Positions 37,928-51,300 of a DNA stretch of 64,000 nt are shown piece by piece (position 1 is the first letter of the stretch; every line of letters starts with the position of its first letter). The DNA comes from Takakia lepidozioides (taxonomy: Eukaryota > Plantae > Bryophyta), in NCBI GenBank assembly GCA_030704615.1, contig CM060731.1, positions 8,556,001 to 8,620,000 on the forward strand. The letters run 5' to 3'. Position numbers and translations under genes: made by a program. The notes beneath the pieces are model-generated. The model was not told where the DNA came from. It saw nothing but the letters and a program-made list of their open reading frames with translations, and did not search any database.

Positions 37928-39622
37928 TGTCATACATATCGCTACACAACTACATCACTGTCTAAAACCACACAACACATGTGCGCACCACATACTAGTA
38001 TACCATTAGTCCAGCCACTAGTCCAACCACTAGGCTGTCACTGTGCTGCCCACTATGGCAGTCGCTAGTCCACCACAATGATAAAGAAGAAGAATACAAG
38101 CACAAGCTCATGCGAGCTCACAAAGCTGAAGCATAAACTCATGGATATATAAACTCGTCACTCAAATACAAGTCAAGCCAAGTGCACCCCACGCCATGGG
38201 GAATCCACACTACGACGCCATAACTAGGCGCGGTGAGGCTCAACTCGCTCCATTGATCTGATAGTGACAGGTTGGCCCTGCCAAGGGCATTCATCAGCTG
38301 GGCATGACAATGGATTGCGAGACTCGAGGACGGGTCTGTTTTGGGAGATGGTACGGATTTTGCGCCACTTGCAGCTTCATCAAGCTGTATCGCCAGTATA
38401 CATCTTGGAGAATGTGCCACTGATGGGCGATTCTCGGGCCAGGGTGATGGCCAGTGTGCATCAAGTCCGGTCGTGGTTTGGGTTAGCAGTGCTGCTGGAT
38501 GCAGCTGCAGTGGGATCACGGGCTCATCGTCCACGGCTATGGTGGATTAACTTGATGCCACCCGCACTGCTCAAGCGTGCATTTGATGGGGTGCAGCGGC
38601 CAACACACCTCATAGTGGACAACATTTTGGACACAGGGAGGCAGTCTCAACGTGTGAGACACGATGACCGTTCGCCTTTGGCAGTGGTCAACAGGGTGGG
38701 TCAACCACGAGCAGCATTACCTACACTGCTCAGCTTCCCAGGATCCCATGCTTTTCGGGATGGTGGACCTGGCCTCTTGTGGGATGCTCAGTTGCAACAG
38801 TTAGTGGAGCCTAATGCCGACGAGCGAGAACGGGCTATGGGATTTTCCACTGGGACCACGGCGGTGCCTTCTCTTTCTGAGGCATCACGTCGTCAGGTGT
38901 TGGGGCAAGCAATGGATCTCAATTGCTTGACCTGGATTATCAGCTTGGCTATGGCTGAGCAACGTAGAGTGCGGAGTGCACTTTCCTTGACGGTCTCTCT
39001 GCCTACCGCAGATAAGCCTCCCCTACTTGCCGATAACCACTCCAGGGCCTAAATCTGCATTGACCCCTGGATTGACACTTGGGCCAATCACAAATGTCAA
39101 TATGTAAAAGCTAGCTATTTCATAACTAGTTTCACACTAGTGGTGAAATAACTTGACAGCTGTCGTGCATATATATCGCTACACAACTACATCGCTGTCC
39201 AGAATCACACAACACATGTACACACCACACACTAGTATACCACTAATCCAACCACTAAGCTGCCACTGTGCTGCCCACTATGGCAGTCACTAGTCCACCA
39301 CAATCGCCCCCCTAGCTGGTGCTTAGGTCCCTCTAAGTCCAGGTAGCCACAAGATGTGATAGTGACCATAGCCTCACTAAGTCCTCCACCACTATCCCTA
39401 CTACACCCAAACTCGATAGATAAAGAGGCCGGGTGCAATAGTTGCCCCATCGTTAGTCGCCGTCTTGCAACCTGTGAACTTGAGCCTGGGATCTCGTGTA
39501 TTGACTCCTATGAGCTTGGCCTCCCATGTCTTGTTAGCTGCATCTAGTCATGTCCACTGCCACTATCCCAAGCAATGTGGACACAACCAATCTCCATCAG
39601 GAACCTTCTCAAGAGTTGAGCA
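37928..39622 (-). mobile_element. Rearranged LTR-retrotransposon relic (LTR-like direct repeats, PBS, PPT, PHD-finger end)
   Basis: ~140-150-bp direct repeats 37928-38077 and 39161-39302 (TG...CA). On the minus strand the PPT AGGGGGGCGAT (39313-39303) abuts TG at 39302. PBS TGGCGTCGTAGTGTGGATTC at 38220-38201. ORF end STLEKVPDGDWLCPHCLG* at 39619-39563. Confidence 0.75.
38249..39052 (+). CDS. DNMT3-like DNA (cytosine-5)-methyltransferase catalytic domain, 5'-truncated, intronless
   Basis: IDLIVTGWPCQG.S (motif IV with catalytic PC), GLFWE..RIL, YILENV (motif VI), DAA.VGSRAHRPRLWWINL (motif VIII), ERERAMGF..GTT (IX) and RRQVLGQAMD (X). Motifs I-III are absent because of an upstream TGA at 38234. 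Confidence 0.88.
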   Translation, partial: SIDLIVTGWPCQGHSSAGHDNGLRDSRTGLFWEMVRILRHLQLHQAVSPVYILENVPLMGDSRARVMASVHQVRSWFGLAVLLDAAAVGSRAHRPRLWWINLMPPALLKRAFDGVQRPTHLIVDNILDTGRQSQRVRHDDRSPLAVVNRVGQPRAALPTLLSFPGSHAFRDGGPGLLWDAQLQQLVEPNADERERAMGFSTGTTAVPSLSEASRRQVLGQAMDLNCLTWIISLAMAEQRRVRSALSLTVSLPTADKPPLLADNHSRA

Positions 39623-39624
39623 TA

Positions 39625-39906
39625 AAAAATAGAAAATCTATATATCCTTCTATATACCTTTTATTTATACTTGGATAAATAAAGGGTAGATCATTTATCC
39701 TTATCCGATATTTAACCTTATCTTTTTGAATATATTGGTCTTTACTTTTTATCCGGAGGATAAATAAATCGGAAGTTTTTTATCTATCCTTACCCGTAGG
39801 ATAACATATAAATAATTTACCCTTATCCGGTTGATAAATAAACCTCTTATTTTTATTTATCCTTACCCGGAGGGTAAGCAAAAACCTATTTACCCGCACA
39901 ACACTG
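39625..39906. mobile_element. hAT element end: subterminal repeats plus TIR
   Basis: TACCCGCACAACACTG at 39891-39906 is the reverse complement of CAGTGTTGTGCGGGTA, similar to the CAGTGTTGGGCGG ends at 53945 and 59606. Confidence 0.7.
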
Positions 39907-41023
39907 GTTTGAACCAACGACCCCATGGGATTGGCACAAATCCTAACCATTGACATCTACGCCATAATCATTGTGATGTGGTTTGATAAGAATTTGTAAT
40001 GGATGAAACTGAAAATTTGTTGGGTTTTCATTTTGAAATGGGGGGGGAAAAAAAAAAAATGCTTGAGCAACCCATCGAGTCGATGAGTTCAAAACACTTA
40101 TTTTATATTGAAGGATGAGATTTATATGGATGGACATAAGTCACAAAAATTATAATAAGATAAGTTAAGAATAAGGTTGGTCAAGACAATGTCTCAAACT
40201 AGCTTGCCTCATTGCAATTATCTCAAATGATCTTTTGCAAATTAAAGTCTTAGAGAAACATCGCTCTACCAAATGTTTGGGTCTTACTGCTTCAACAATG
40301 AAGATAGAACTCACAATGGACGGTGATATATGTAACCTTCAAGCTCTTCGCTCATTTCTAGTCCTAGAAAAAACCTAAATATTTCCACCGAGAGTATAAA
40401 ATGAAATTGATAGTCACAACTGTTTAAAGCTCTAATGAATTCAAACTAAAGAAAATCATCGTGGCTAACATGTTGCTTACTATTTTTTCAAAATCTTGGT
40501 GACATATTTTTATGCACAAACAATTATTTTCTAGTACAAAAAAAGACTCATAGATCAGTCATAAAGATCTCATTTGGAAGAAGAAAAAATGTGTATTGTA
40601 GTATTAAATAATAGCATATTGTCATTATGAATCAACCATGTCATAACCAATTTCGGCAATACAATTTAACATTCATAATTTTCTTTAAATAGAGTGAGGA
40701 AAAAATGGAAGATGCCTCAAGCGTATTGTCCATGAAATTTGAAAAGACACTGGACTCATTTCCAATGATTACATGTGCATGCATAGAAAACTATAAAAGA
40801 AAGAGGCTCGTGAGCTATTAGATGGCTCATTTCTACATTGGAAGCAAACCCTCATAATTCCCACCAGAATGCTCTCTGATGGAGAAATTTCATATCTATG
40901 TCCAAGAGCCGTAATCCAATATAAGAGGTAAATTTGAAGAAGGCAGTAAAGTTGGTGGATCGAATAAATATAAGTTTGGCGAGTGAGGAAAGACTGTGAA
41001 GAGGTCTCAATTTTGTAGGAGAT

Positions 41024-44000
41024 ATGGACAATCCAGACTCACATCGAATCCGTACTATTCCATCATTGTCACAAAAAGATGGAATTCAAAATCAATATAA
41101 TGAAAGTAGTACGTCGGAATGGAGAAATGATGGAAGATCGTCTCAAAGTGTCAGAGAAGAATTAGAAGACCACCATGGCTCTACATATGGGGGAGAAGAA
41201 CAAATGAGTACTTCAGATTCTGAAATTAAAATTGTGGATAAACCAAGTTCGCAAAGAATCTCTACAGAAGGCAACATTCGGTACATGAGCATGAAAAACC
41301 ATCTTTTTGTTCTCTAATTCAAAATACCAATATGACAACTACATATCATTTTTTATTATTTCCATTGATGAGTGAAATTACACTATGTGAAGTGAAGTAT
41401 AACATTATAAGTCAAAGAATTTGATAGATATAATGTCAATAAATTAAACAGATATCAAATCAAGAAAATTACTGCAATATAAATACTTGATGGTAATCCA
41501 AGGTCATTCATTCATCTTGTGTATTTTTCTTTAAGAAAATAAAGAAATGAACAAAAGCCCTGAAACTCAAATTAAGGCTGGGAAAAAATAACCTCGGGAA
41601 AGTACAAAGGGGATTTGGGTTGCTTGAAGATGTTTTTTTTTTTTTTTAATTGTTATGTATTCAGATGTCAAACGAAGACAAATTTCTTACTTATTTTCAC
41701 AGTTCAACATTTGGATGTATATGTGTTGCAGCCTAAAAATGAAAGAAAATTCATATAGCATGTCTAGCAAAACATCCTATGCACGTTTTGCAAAGGCCAA
41801 ATTTGCGGTTGGAGCACATTGGAACAAAAAGGAATCCATAGAGAAGCTTATGGAATTCTCATCGGTAAATGTTTGAGAATTTGATGGACAAAATTAGTCA
41901 ACTTATCATCGTGGTAACGTAAGATCAGGAATTAATATATCAAAACACCGTTATTTATTATGAAACAACAAATCATCATTCTATTTTTTTTAAATTGTTA
42001 TTACGTGACAATCAAACAGTCTAAAATTAACTATTGTTTGAAGGAGCCAATCAAAGTTGGATTATTGAAGAGTGTAGGAGCGAAACCTATCGCTGCAATC
42101 GTATTTGCACGTAAATTTCAGCCATTGTCTATCACATACTTTTTTCTACACATGTGATTGTAATACAATAGAAATAGTGAATAAATTAATTATGTTCATT
42201 TCACATTGCCGGAATATTATTCAACCACAATGCTATCGTGTTTTAATGTAGGCTTCTGTAAATAGACCACATTCCAAAAGTAATAAAATGTAGGCATCAT
42301 TATAATTTTTCTCTCATAAAAAACCGCATTGAACACTTCTTAAATATTTTAAATTTGTGAGTAGCTTATGTGTAGCAAATTAACTAGGTACCATTGGATT
42401 TATTTTAAGAGACAGTGGCTAGTTTTAATGAATGTCAACTATCTGTCATATTTTGATACTTCTATTAGAGTTAAGTGGATCAAATTTAGAATTGATGCTA
42501 CTTTTAGAACCAAATGGTTGATAATTAGGATTGTCACTAACTCATGAGTCGTGTAAGTGATACTAATTTTACGTTACATATTGTGGATATTAGTTGTGGA
42601 TAGATCAAGAAGCAATGAATGCAAATAAAGTTACTTCCAGTGCCTCTGTCCCTGTTTCATTAAAAATATTTGAAAATAAAATAAAAATAAAACATTAGTC
42701 ATGTAATCTATTCAATTTGTTCAGCACCAAATTGTAAGAAAGACAGTTCAGTCCAAGGTCATGAATACAAATTTCAAAGTCTCTATGACATAAAGAGAGA
42801 GTCCCGGTGGATGAAACAGATGTGATGGCATACATGGGAACCATAGCTGGTTGTGGCAACAGACTGCACCACGCTTATCAAGTATTGTCAGCAGGAATCC
42901 GTCACTTGGACCTCCGCGATGAAATATACTGTCAATTATGCAAACAGACTTTCAACAACCCTGATAGGTACTTCGACGTGAAGCTTTATTATCCAATTGA
43001 TTTTATTTTATTTTATTTTTATTTTTTAAGAGGAAGGGGAGGTAGCCCTTCGAGCTTTATTGACGATTATTGTTGGGAAAAAAATTAAAACCCACATTTG
43101 CCCGAAGGCTGCCATAAGGCATAGCACACGGATGCCGTGTTGGTGATCCATGAGAGCAATGCACACTCACATGAAGTGACATGTCTAACAGTAGCTATAG
43201 AACTAGGGCAAAGAGCCTATTCTATCATGTGAGTAGAAATGACTTACAAGCATTGATCCCATGACACAGTGTATGCCTAAGGGCTAGTGTATGCTTAAAG
43301 ACTGAGTGAAAGTGTTTGCAAAAGGCACGGAGCACTGGCAGGTGTTGACGAGATAACTGCCAATCTATCTATCAAAGTCTAGGCGAGAATTGAATTCATT
43401 TTCAGTCCGAGTTTCATAAGGACGTAATTTTATAAATATCAGCTACATTTAAATGTTGATAGTCTACAAAGAGAAGTTGCTTAAATAAATGGGCTCTAGA
43501 TGAATCATAGACTGTCATCAAATAAAATAGTGTTAACAGTTTGCTCTTAATTCAATCCATTATTTTTGACATGTTTGACTAGTTATCGATGATGTTGACA
43601 TAGACAAGTTATCAAATAACCATACAAATAAAAGCATGGACTATACTTCTTATTGAAAAAAATTAAAGGATGTAAAACAATATTACTAAACTAATATGTA
43701 AATCTAATTGAAAAAATATTTGATTACTATGCAGAGTTTGAGGAAAACTTGTGTGGCTGCAATTCAGGGAGAGCAATGCGAAGGGATGGCAACTCATGAA
43801 GCTATGTTGTAGCAGCTTCTCTGCAAGAGATTTCTTGACTACTTTGAATTCTCACTTACAACAGGTTGTCTTTGAATCCAACAAGCTAAACCTTGCATGG
43901 ACCATACTATGAAAGAAGTCAAAACAAACTTGCACATGGATGAATGATACATAAGTTGAACTAATACGTTGACTTAACCCTCAATGGTCAACATAATCTT

Positions 44001-47000
44001 GACATATGATATTTTAAATATGACAAGAGAAAGTTAGATAACATTTGAAAGAATGTTCACCTTGTTGCAAACATGAAAAACTGTGAGATTTTTTGAAATG
44101 AGAAAATCATGGTCAGGTAGGGAGTGGAGAATTGAAGGGTTTCAAGGGGGAAACAAGTGCATTGGCTTGTTCATCGAGATTGCATCGCGTATTGAAAATT
44201 GGATCACGCTATTTCCTGCCTTCTCTCGATGAGATCCAAGCCATCGAGGTCTGTTCATTGTTTATTTTGCACCACCTACATTTTTTCTAGTTTAATATGT
44301 CATTATATAATATTTACTGATTAATCAATAATGTGGAAAAAAAAGTAGTGCTAATATTGCTAGAAATTCTTGATGTTTGTTACTATATCAGTTTGAGAAT
44401 TAAAGTGGTATAATGTAACACAGACATTCAGTTTTGCTTTTGAAACCCTTCAGTTTGCTATTGAAATGGGGATTTTGTATTTGGACGTGGATTCAAGAAT
44501 CTGCGCAAAAATATTCTTATTGTTCCAGTTTGTTGTGCATCTCATAGAATGAAACGTTGATACCAGCACAGATTTTTTTACCTGACGGCAATCACCAGGT
44601 CAAACGTTCAACAAAATTATATAAATAGGTGTAATTTATATAGAGAATTTTCACCACAACATTATAAAGACCCATATGAGTACGAAAACACAAATATTTA
44701 TTTCATTTTCTAATGTATTAAATGTAGAACGTTTAAAAAAAAAATTGATTACGTAATCTTCCATATTTTTTTGAAATTATAGAAAATATCGATACATTTA
44801 GATATCTAAGAGATGAACTTGAAATCTATGGACAATATCCTATCTAGATTAAAGTTGACCACAGTACAAAAATTGTGCATTTGCGATTCCCGACATAAGT
44901 TGGATCAGTTTTGATTAAAAAATTACATTATGTTTAATATAATATTTTGAAGTTTAATCTACGTGGAAAAAATAGACTTGATTTTGGGTGACTGATACAA
45001 TTATTTGTTTATGCTTAGTGATGGACCTTCCGCTCTAGCTTTTACAACTGATCAGATAGTGATAGGTGAAATTTTGCTATTAGAAGTTTTTGTTGGTATG
45101 GTGTATAAATTGATATGGAAAAGTGAGCAAGACAAAATACAAAAATATTTAATACTATAAATTAAGTTGTATTGGTAAAATACCAATAGTTCACAAATTT
45201 TACAATTAATAATTTAATTTTTGTGCACAAAGGTGTTGTCTTTGCACACCATGACCACCACGGAAGATGTAGCAACTCATATGGCACTACGACTTCATTT
45301 GCCGAATCCCAACCACTTCGGTGTCTTTCACACTATCGATGGAGGTAAAAATTTGTATGTACACATATTACTGGTCAAGTAAAATATATCAATGACATCT
45401 TATATCATTGTATTCTAGAATTATCAAACATGCACAAACAGACCGGTTGCTAGGGTACAAGATTGTATTATGAGGTGGTAATGTGTTCAAAGTCATGAAG
45501 TATATGTAAGTTAGATCTCATTCATTATAGCCAAACCAACTATAAGAGGGGTCATTGGGCCAACCAAATATCCAATATACGGGTACCTAATAAATAAAAT
45601 GTGAAGAGGGTGCCGATGCTGTAAATTATGTTGTCACTCGACCCCACAAGACTTCCGATGGGAGAGTGAACACTTTTATAACATCTAACATGTAGTTTGA
45701 ACCCACAACCATTGGTGAGGTGACTTGTGCCTTACCCTTGGGCTAAATATTTGGTTGATACCTTAAATTCGAATCCTTAGGATAGATTTTGGCATTTGTA
45801 CTATTGTCATGCTTATGATTGTTATATCCACCTTCCGAATGGAAGATGTGCCATAATAGCTTCACTTATGATGGAGTGGACAAAACCATGTAATTTTTGT
45901 GGTACTTATTTTGACGTGAATTATATGTTTTACAATAATCAATGAGAGTCTGAGTTTCTCAATCGAGATAAATTTAACTTTTCATTAAAACTATCAGATT
46001 TTTGAGCAAATAATACTAATGATCAATATGCTACGAAATAATAAATGTCAATCACAATCTCATAGCGATTTGTATATCTCTTACAAGAGATATAGATCTA
46101 ATATTAAAAGATTGTATGGTTAATTATGAAGCTCAATAATGGGTTCATAAGACTACCCCCTTTCGTTTGGAGGGTTAACACATTCTAATGGCCATAAACG
46201 GGGCAAGGGGGTTACCCATATCTCTCGCAAGGACTCGAAAGTCCACACATACCTGCACATTAAGTGATCGGTTAATCCGATAGTTGGGTTGGCTCTAATG
46301 GGTGACGTCCAACATACAATTATATGTGATTTGGAACCCATGACCACTTGTAAGGCGGCCTTGTGTTCTAACCATAGGGCCATCCGTTGGATGCTTGCAT
46401 AGTATATACATAGATATTGCAAAAGAGAGCGATGTCTCAAAGGACACATAAACAGAAAGAGAGAGTTGCACACTCTTGGAGCTAAGATAAGTACTAATGT
46501 TCAAACGAAACTCTATGATTGGTTTGATTAAACAACATCATCTATTTGATCGATTGTGTGTGGCACAGTTGATAAGCTTCTTGCAAAACATGCTTTTCTA
46601 ATTGATATCCAAGCTGGTTGGAATCCATTGTTGGCAATTCAAAAAGTTAAAGATTGGCGTTTAATATCGAAGTTCAATTTCCTTTGCAGAAAGAAACCTC
46701 CGCCGGATGAGGTAATTATTTGGATACTTTCAAATTATAATTCAAACTCATCTTAAATAAGAGAGTCAAAATCAACATTGTATTGTTTGTAAATTGGTTA
46801 TGATCAATGATCAATTCCCTGGTTCCATTTTGTGTATACTTCATTTTTTAGTTGGCTAGTGTTGAATTTGGAACCTAAAATAGTCTAAAAGACAAAACCG
46901 TAACAATAAGCTACAAGCTTGTAGCAAATTGCGTCTTCATGAATAGAATTACGGTGATATTTTATTGTCTATAATGGCTCATGACGTCCATTGGTCGGAC

Positions 47001-48283
47001 AATTACGTAAATTAAAACGTTGGCCGGTTCTCTTGGCCACACATCTGCTAGGAGGGCGACTACGAAACATAACTCTTGGTTTGGTCTTATACCAAACGAC
47101 CATATATACCCATCTGGTTTATATATGTATAACTAACCAGTGGACATTGTGTATGTGATATTGTTTAGTGAGTATTCGACCTTTGTTTCATCTCTAGTAG
47201 TATTGATGGGAAAACAGTACATTATAATGATGGTTAACAGTCATTTGGGGTGAAGTGACATCATAAGTTGCATATGCTTTAGCAAGAATCTTCATCCCCT
47301 TTATGATGGAAAGACAACCCTTTAGTTGATGTACATGCATGAATAATCGGGTCTAAATATTTATAGTGAATTTTTTTTGTTATAGTGTGCACGTGTAAAA
47401 TTATAAAACTCTTATGTATATCTTATCCCCAAAATGACTTCAATATTAGCTATGTATATATATGTATATATATAATCACCTCATGTATGATTAATGCACT
47501 TATAGTAAATTGCTGTCGCTTCTTTGAATTTGTGATCAGTTAGGTATCGTTGATGAGGCTTCGAGTAACCCCTTTGCGCATCAGTATGAAAAAGGTCGTC
47601 TTATCATCAAAAGAAAATTATTTCTCGATGGTCCTACTTCTACTAGCCAATCACATAAAGATGCAGCATTGACGTTTGATTACTCTCAGGTATACTCTGA
47701 TGTATCTAACACTAATATAATGAAAATTGGGATTATTTTTTATTAGGATTCTTGGTTAGAGGCAAATAAGAGATTATTAAAGAATTGAAAAATAATCAAT
47801 AAGAAATTAGAAATTTGTAGAATTGATATGAAGAGGGTTCAGAATATCTTAGTAGTGGCTTCACACAAAAATGTTAGCATCATCCAGTGGTTAGGGCACC
47901 CGGCACAAGACCGCCACCTTACGAGCGATCATGGGTTCAAACCATATAAGTGTATGTTAGATGTTACCTGTTATACATCCAGCCAACCCACCTGTAAATC
48001 GGGATGTTTTTGGATACCGTTTAATTTATGTGTGGGAACGTGGGAACCTAAGAACTTTCGAGCTTGAGTTCATGGATGGTTTGGCAACCACGTTGCATAG
48101 GATATTGCCATTAGAACGTGTTCACTTCCAACATTTTAAAAGCAACGCATTAGGATTGTAGCTAAGTGGTTTGACCATTTTGTTCGTCTTGTACGTTAGG
48201 TATGGGGTTCTTGTGTCATATAACTTAGAAAATAGATTCTTTTTCCCTCAAGAAAAAAATTTAGCTATTGTTTAAGTTTTTGT

Positions 48284-48320
<37 letters not shown>

Positions 48321-51300
48321 TTGTTCATTATAATATTATTTAATTAGTATGTTTCAAAATCAAGATTGGAGTCTAAATAGGTGTGGTAGGTTTGGAATGA
48401 TGTCTGCTCACGGCTTATGCTAATGGAATGAATATATATAAATTAAAGAGTTGGGAGTTTTATTAATGATTATTGAAGGGAAAAAAAATAGAACCCTTAC
48501 ATGCCCGAAGGCTACCATGAGGCAAATACTTTGTCAATCTCTCTTCAGTGTAAACTAGGGTAGCTTGTGCCGTTGGCCCAAGTGTCTAAGGTCATGTAAG
48601 CCCAAGTGCAATCTCCTATGCGTCCCCTAAAGCTCCAACTATGTCATATATATATGTGCGGGGAAATATTCAAATTTTATGAGTCTAACATGATGAAGTA
48701 ATTACTTAAATAACTCAATTGACGTAATCTACCTATGTTCTATTCGACCATAAACATAAAATATCCTAAATGAGTATTGATCTCAAATGATGTAAATTTG
48801 CAGGCAGTATATGAAATCATGTCAGGGTCTTATACAATCACAGAGATGGATGCACTAATGTTGGGAGCATTGCGCTTGCGCGTTGACCTTGGAACCAATG
48901 AAGGGATTATCCCTCAGAAAATTACAACGTACTGAAATTTCTTTAATAGTCACAACATTTAACATTGATCATTTAGTATATTTAATCTTGCTTGAATGTG
49001 GATATATACACACCCGTAGTTGTAATTAACATCACAAAAGTCTACAAATCTTGTATCCAGCTTGACTAACAATACATAGGCAAATGTACTATTATTGTCC
49101 CAGTAATGAAATACATCCAAATGTCCACTATGGGTACCGGCTAAGGAGTTCCAAGTCCTTTAGTGGAGGGTTGGGCAACCTTGTTGTCTCAATTATGATC
49201 ATTTAGAAGGTGTCCACCAGCTTGAATGTCCACATGAGGAATGTGAGTGTCCACCTTTCCAAAGGAAGTAGCCCTTCGTTGTGAAGTGACACCATAAGTT
49301 ATGCTTGCTTCGGCAAAAGTTTTCTTCCTTCCAAATATTCAGCCTAGCTAGCTTGCCACATTTCTCTTTGTTTTGAGTCTTCAAATTTGTAAGTACCATG
49401 ACCCTTGAAAATTGCATTTTTAAAGAAACTTCCTATTTCAAAAACAAATCAAGGAGTTTCGTTGGTTTACCTCTTAATCAACACATGGATTCTCTAATCT
49501 TGAAAATCAAAATATCATAGTCTAAAACATTGTAAATGAGGGATGCAGTTTAAAATTTGTCAAAGATGACATTTTTTTTTTATATACATCGTCATCTCAA
49601 ACCTTGTCCATTTTTATCTCAAACACTTTTACTAGTACTCCTAAATGATTTTCCTTACAACTAACCATTGGCAGTTGCTTTTGGTTTGGGAGCAGAAAAT
49701 TAGATATTCTTAAATATGGACCGAAAGAGTATGTGAGAGGAAACGAGGATGCTTGGAGAAATGAACTTTCTAAAATTATTGCAACTCTTCCAATACAACC
49801 CAATGTGATGATTTGTAAGAGTGACTACGTGGATTTCTTGAAGAGTCGATGCCCTCTTTATCAATCTTCTTGGTTCTATGTGAAGGTGCTGGATGTAGAA
49901 CCACATTTACTCTCCAATTTCAATTTATCTATAAAACAATTGTTCTTCATAACTATCAATATTTTATTCATTAGGGATATTTTATTTATTTTTCTCTCAA
50001 GAATAATAATTTACAAACCTGTCCAATAATCAAACATTTTAATTGTTTGCAGCAGAAACTAGATCTGCAACTACCAGCCGACATGTTTGTCGCTGTTAAT
50101 GGAACAGGTGTCCATTTTGCTACTTTGAAAACAAAGGTGGGAGGAACTCACATGGTACTATTGCAATGACCATATATATAATCAGTAAAAAAATTCATAT
50201 CCATTCAAAGAAGATGGAGATTAAACAACATATCGCAAGTACATATGTGCCTTGCTTAACACAAATCAGAGAATTACTAGCTTAGAACGTGCACTTAACT
50301 CTCCATTATGCTCATCGGGTTGAACAAATTTTGTAATTGCTAGGGCGTAACAATTCTCGTAAAGCACTGCCAAAAAACTTTCTTTGTGTTTATGGTGCTA
50401 TTAAAAAGCAGAATTCATCCCGGTGCATTCCACCTGGCGGAATGCACCCCATCAGCTCATTCCAGTCCATTCAAAATGCAGAATGCACTGGACATTTTTT
50501 TTTAAACAAAAATTGTGGTAGTGCTTTACGCAAGGTAATGCCCTGGTGTCGGGCATTCCCGGATTTGCGGGCCTTCCCCTGGGGGCCTATACGTATAAAC
50601 ATGGATCCTCGGGGTTAGCAAAGAATTCCTGTTGGTTGTAGGCAGTCTGGATAGTTCCAATTCCCTTGGTTGTTTCCCGACTCATGACTGAGATGCTAAA
50701 TATAGGCTTTGGTTGGTAGATATTACATATGTTTTATACCCGTCGGGTCACATTATGTCAAAATTTCGTAAAATTTTGGTTAAAAATAAACGTAGGTTAT
50801 GGATGATACCAACATATCAAATTGCTAGCTAGCATCCGAGTGTGCATCTGATTATTAACCGTCCGTTCTGGGTACTATTGACATATCAAATAGGTGATTG
50901 GTCCATGTTATACGCATTCCGTTTATTTTGGGCAGACCATGGCCGAATATTACATTGGATACTGATTTTATTTATTTCTCCAATCAGATTCAATATGCCC
51001 ATCGGTTATTATTAATTCATTTTGGAAAACCGATGGGTCATTTTTTTAATACTGGTTGAGACCCGACCTATTAAAACCATGTCCAATATCCGCCCAACAT
51101 TGGTTATTATTTATTATGTATACGTTTATAGGTGTCAGTGGAGGTTCCACAAATAGCCCATTTGGTTTCGATTAACACACTCACATGCACCCTCAGTTTG
51201 AGTGGGCAATTATGGTTAATTGCGGCCCTCTCTATGTGACCCCTTGGGTTTGTAGCGAGTCCCAAAACTCCCCTACATTTCCCACCGCGATCTGCTAGAG

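Noticed and set aside
38201-38220. tRNA gene
   Set aside because: Only the last 20 nt of a tRNA shape are present, including encoded CCA, which fits a retroelement primer-binding site.
38249-39052. Functional host DRM/CMT/MET1/DNMT3 gene
   Set aside because: It is intronless, lacks motifs I-III and any N-terminal regulatory domain, has non-permuted motif order (not DRM), and is embedded in TE debris.
46617-46689. Extra 73-nt intron inside MyTH4-FERM exon 9
   Set aside because: It has a good acceptor, but using it shifts the phase and breaks the join to the next exon, whereas read-through stays open.
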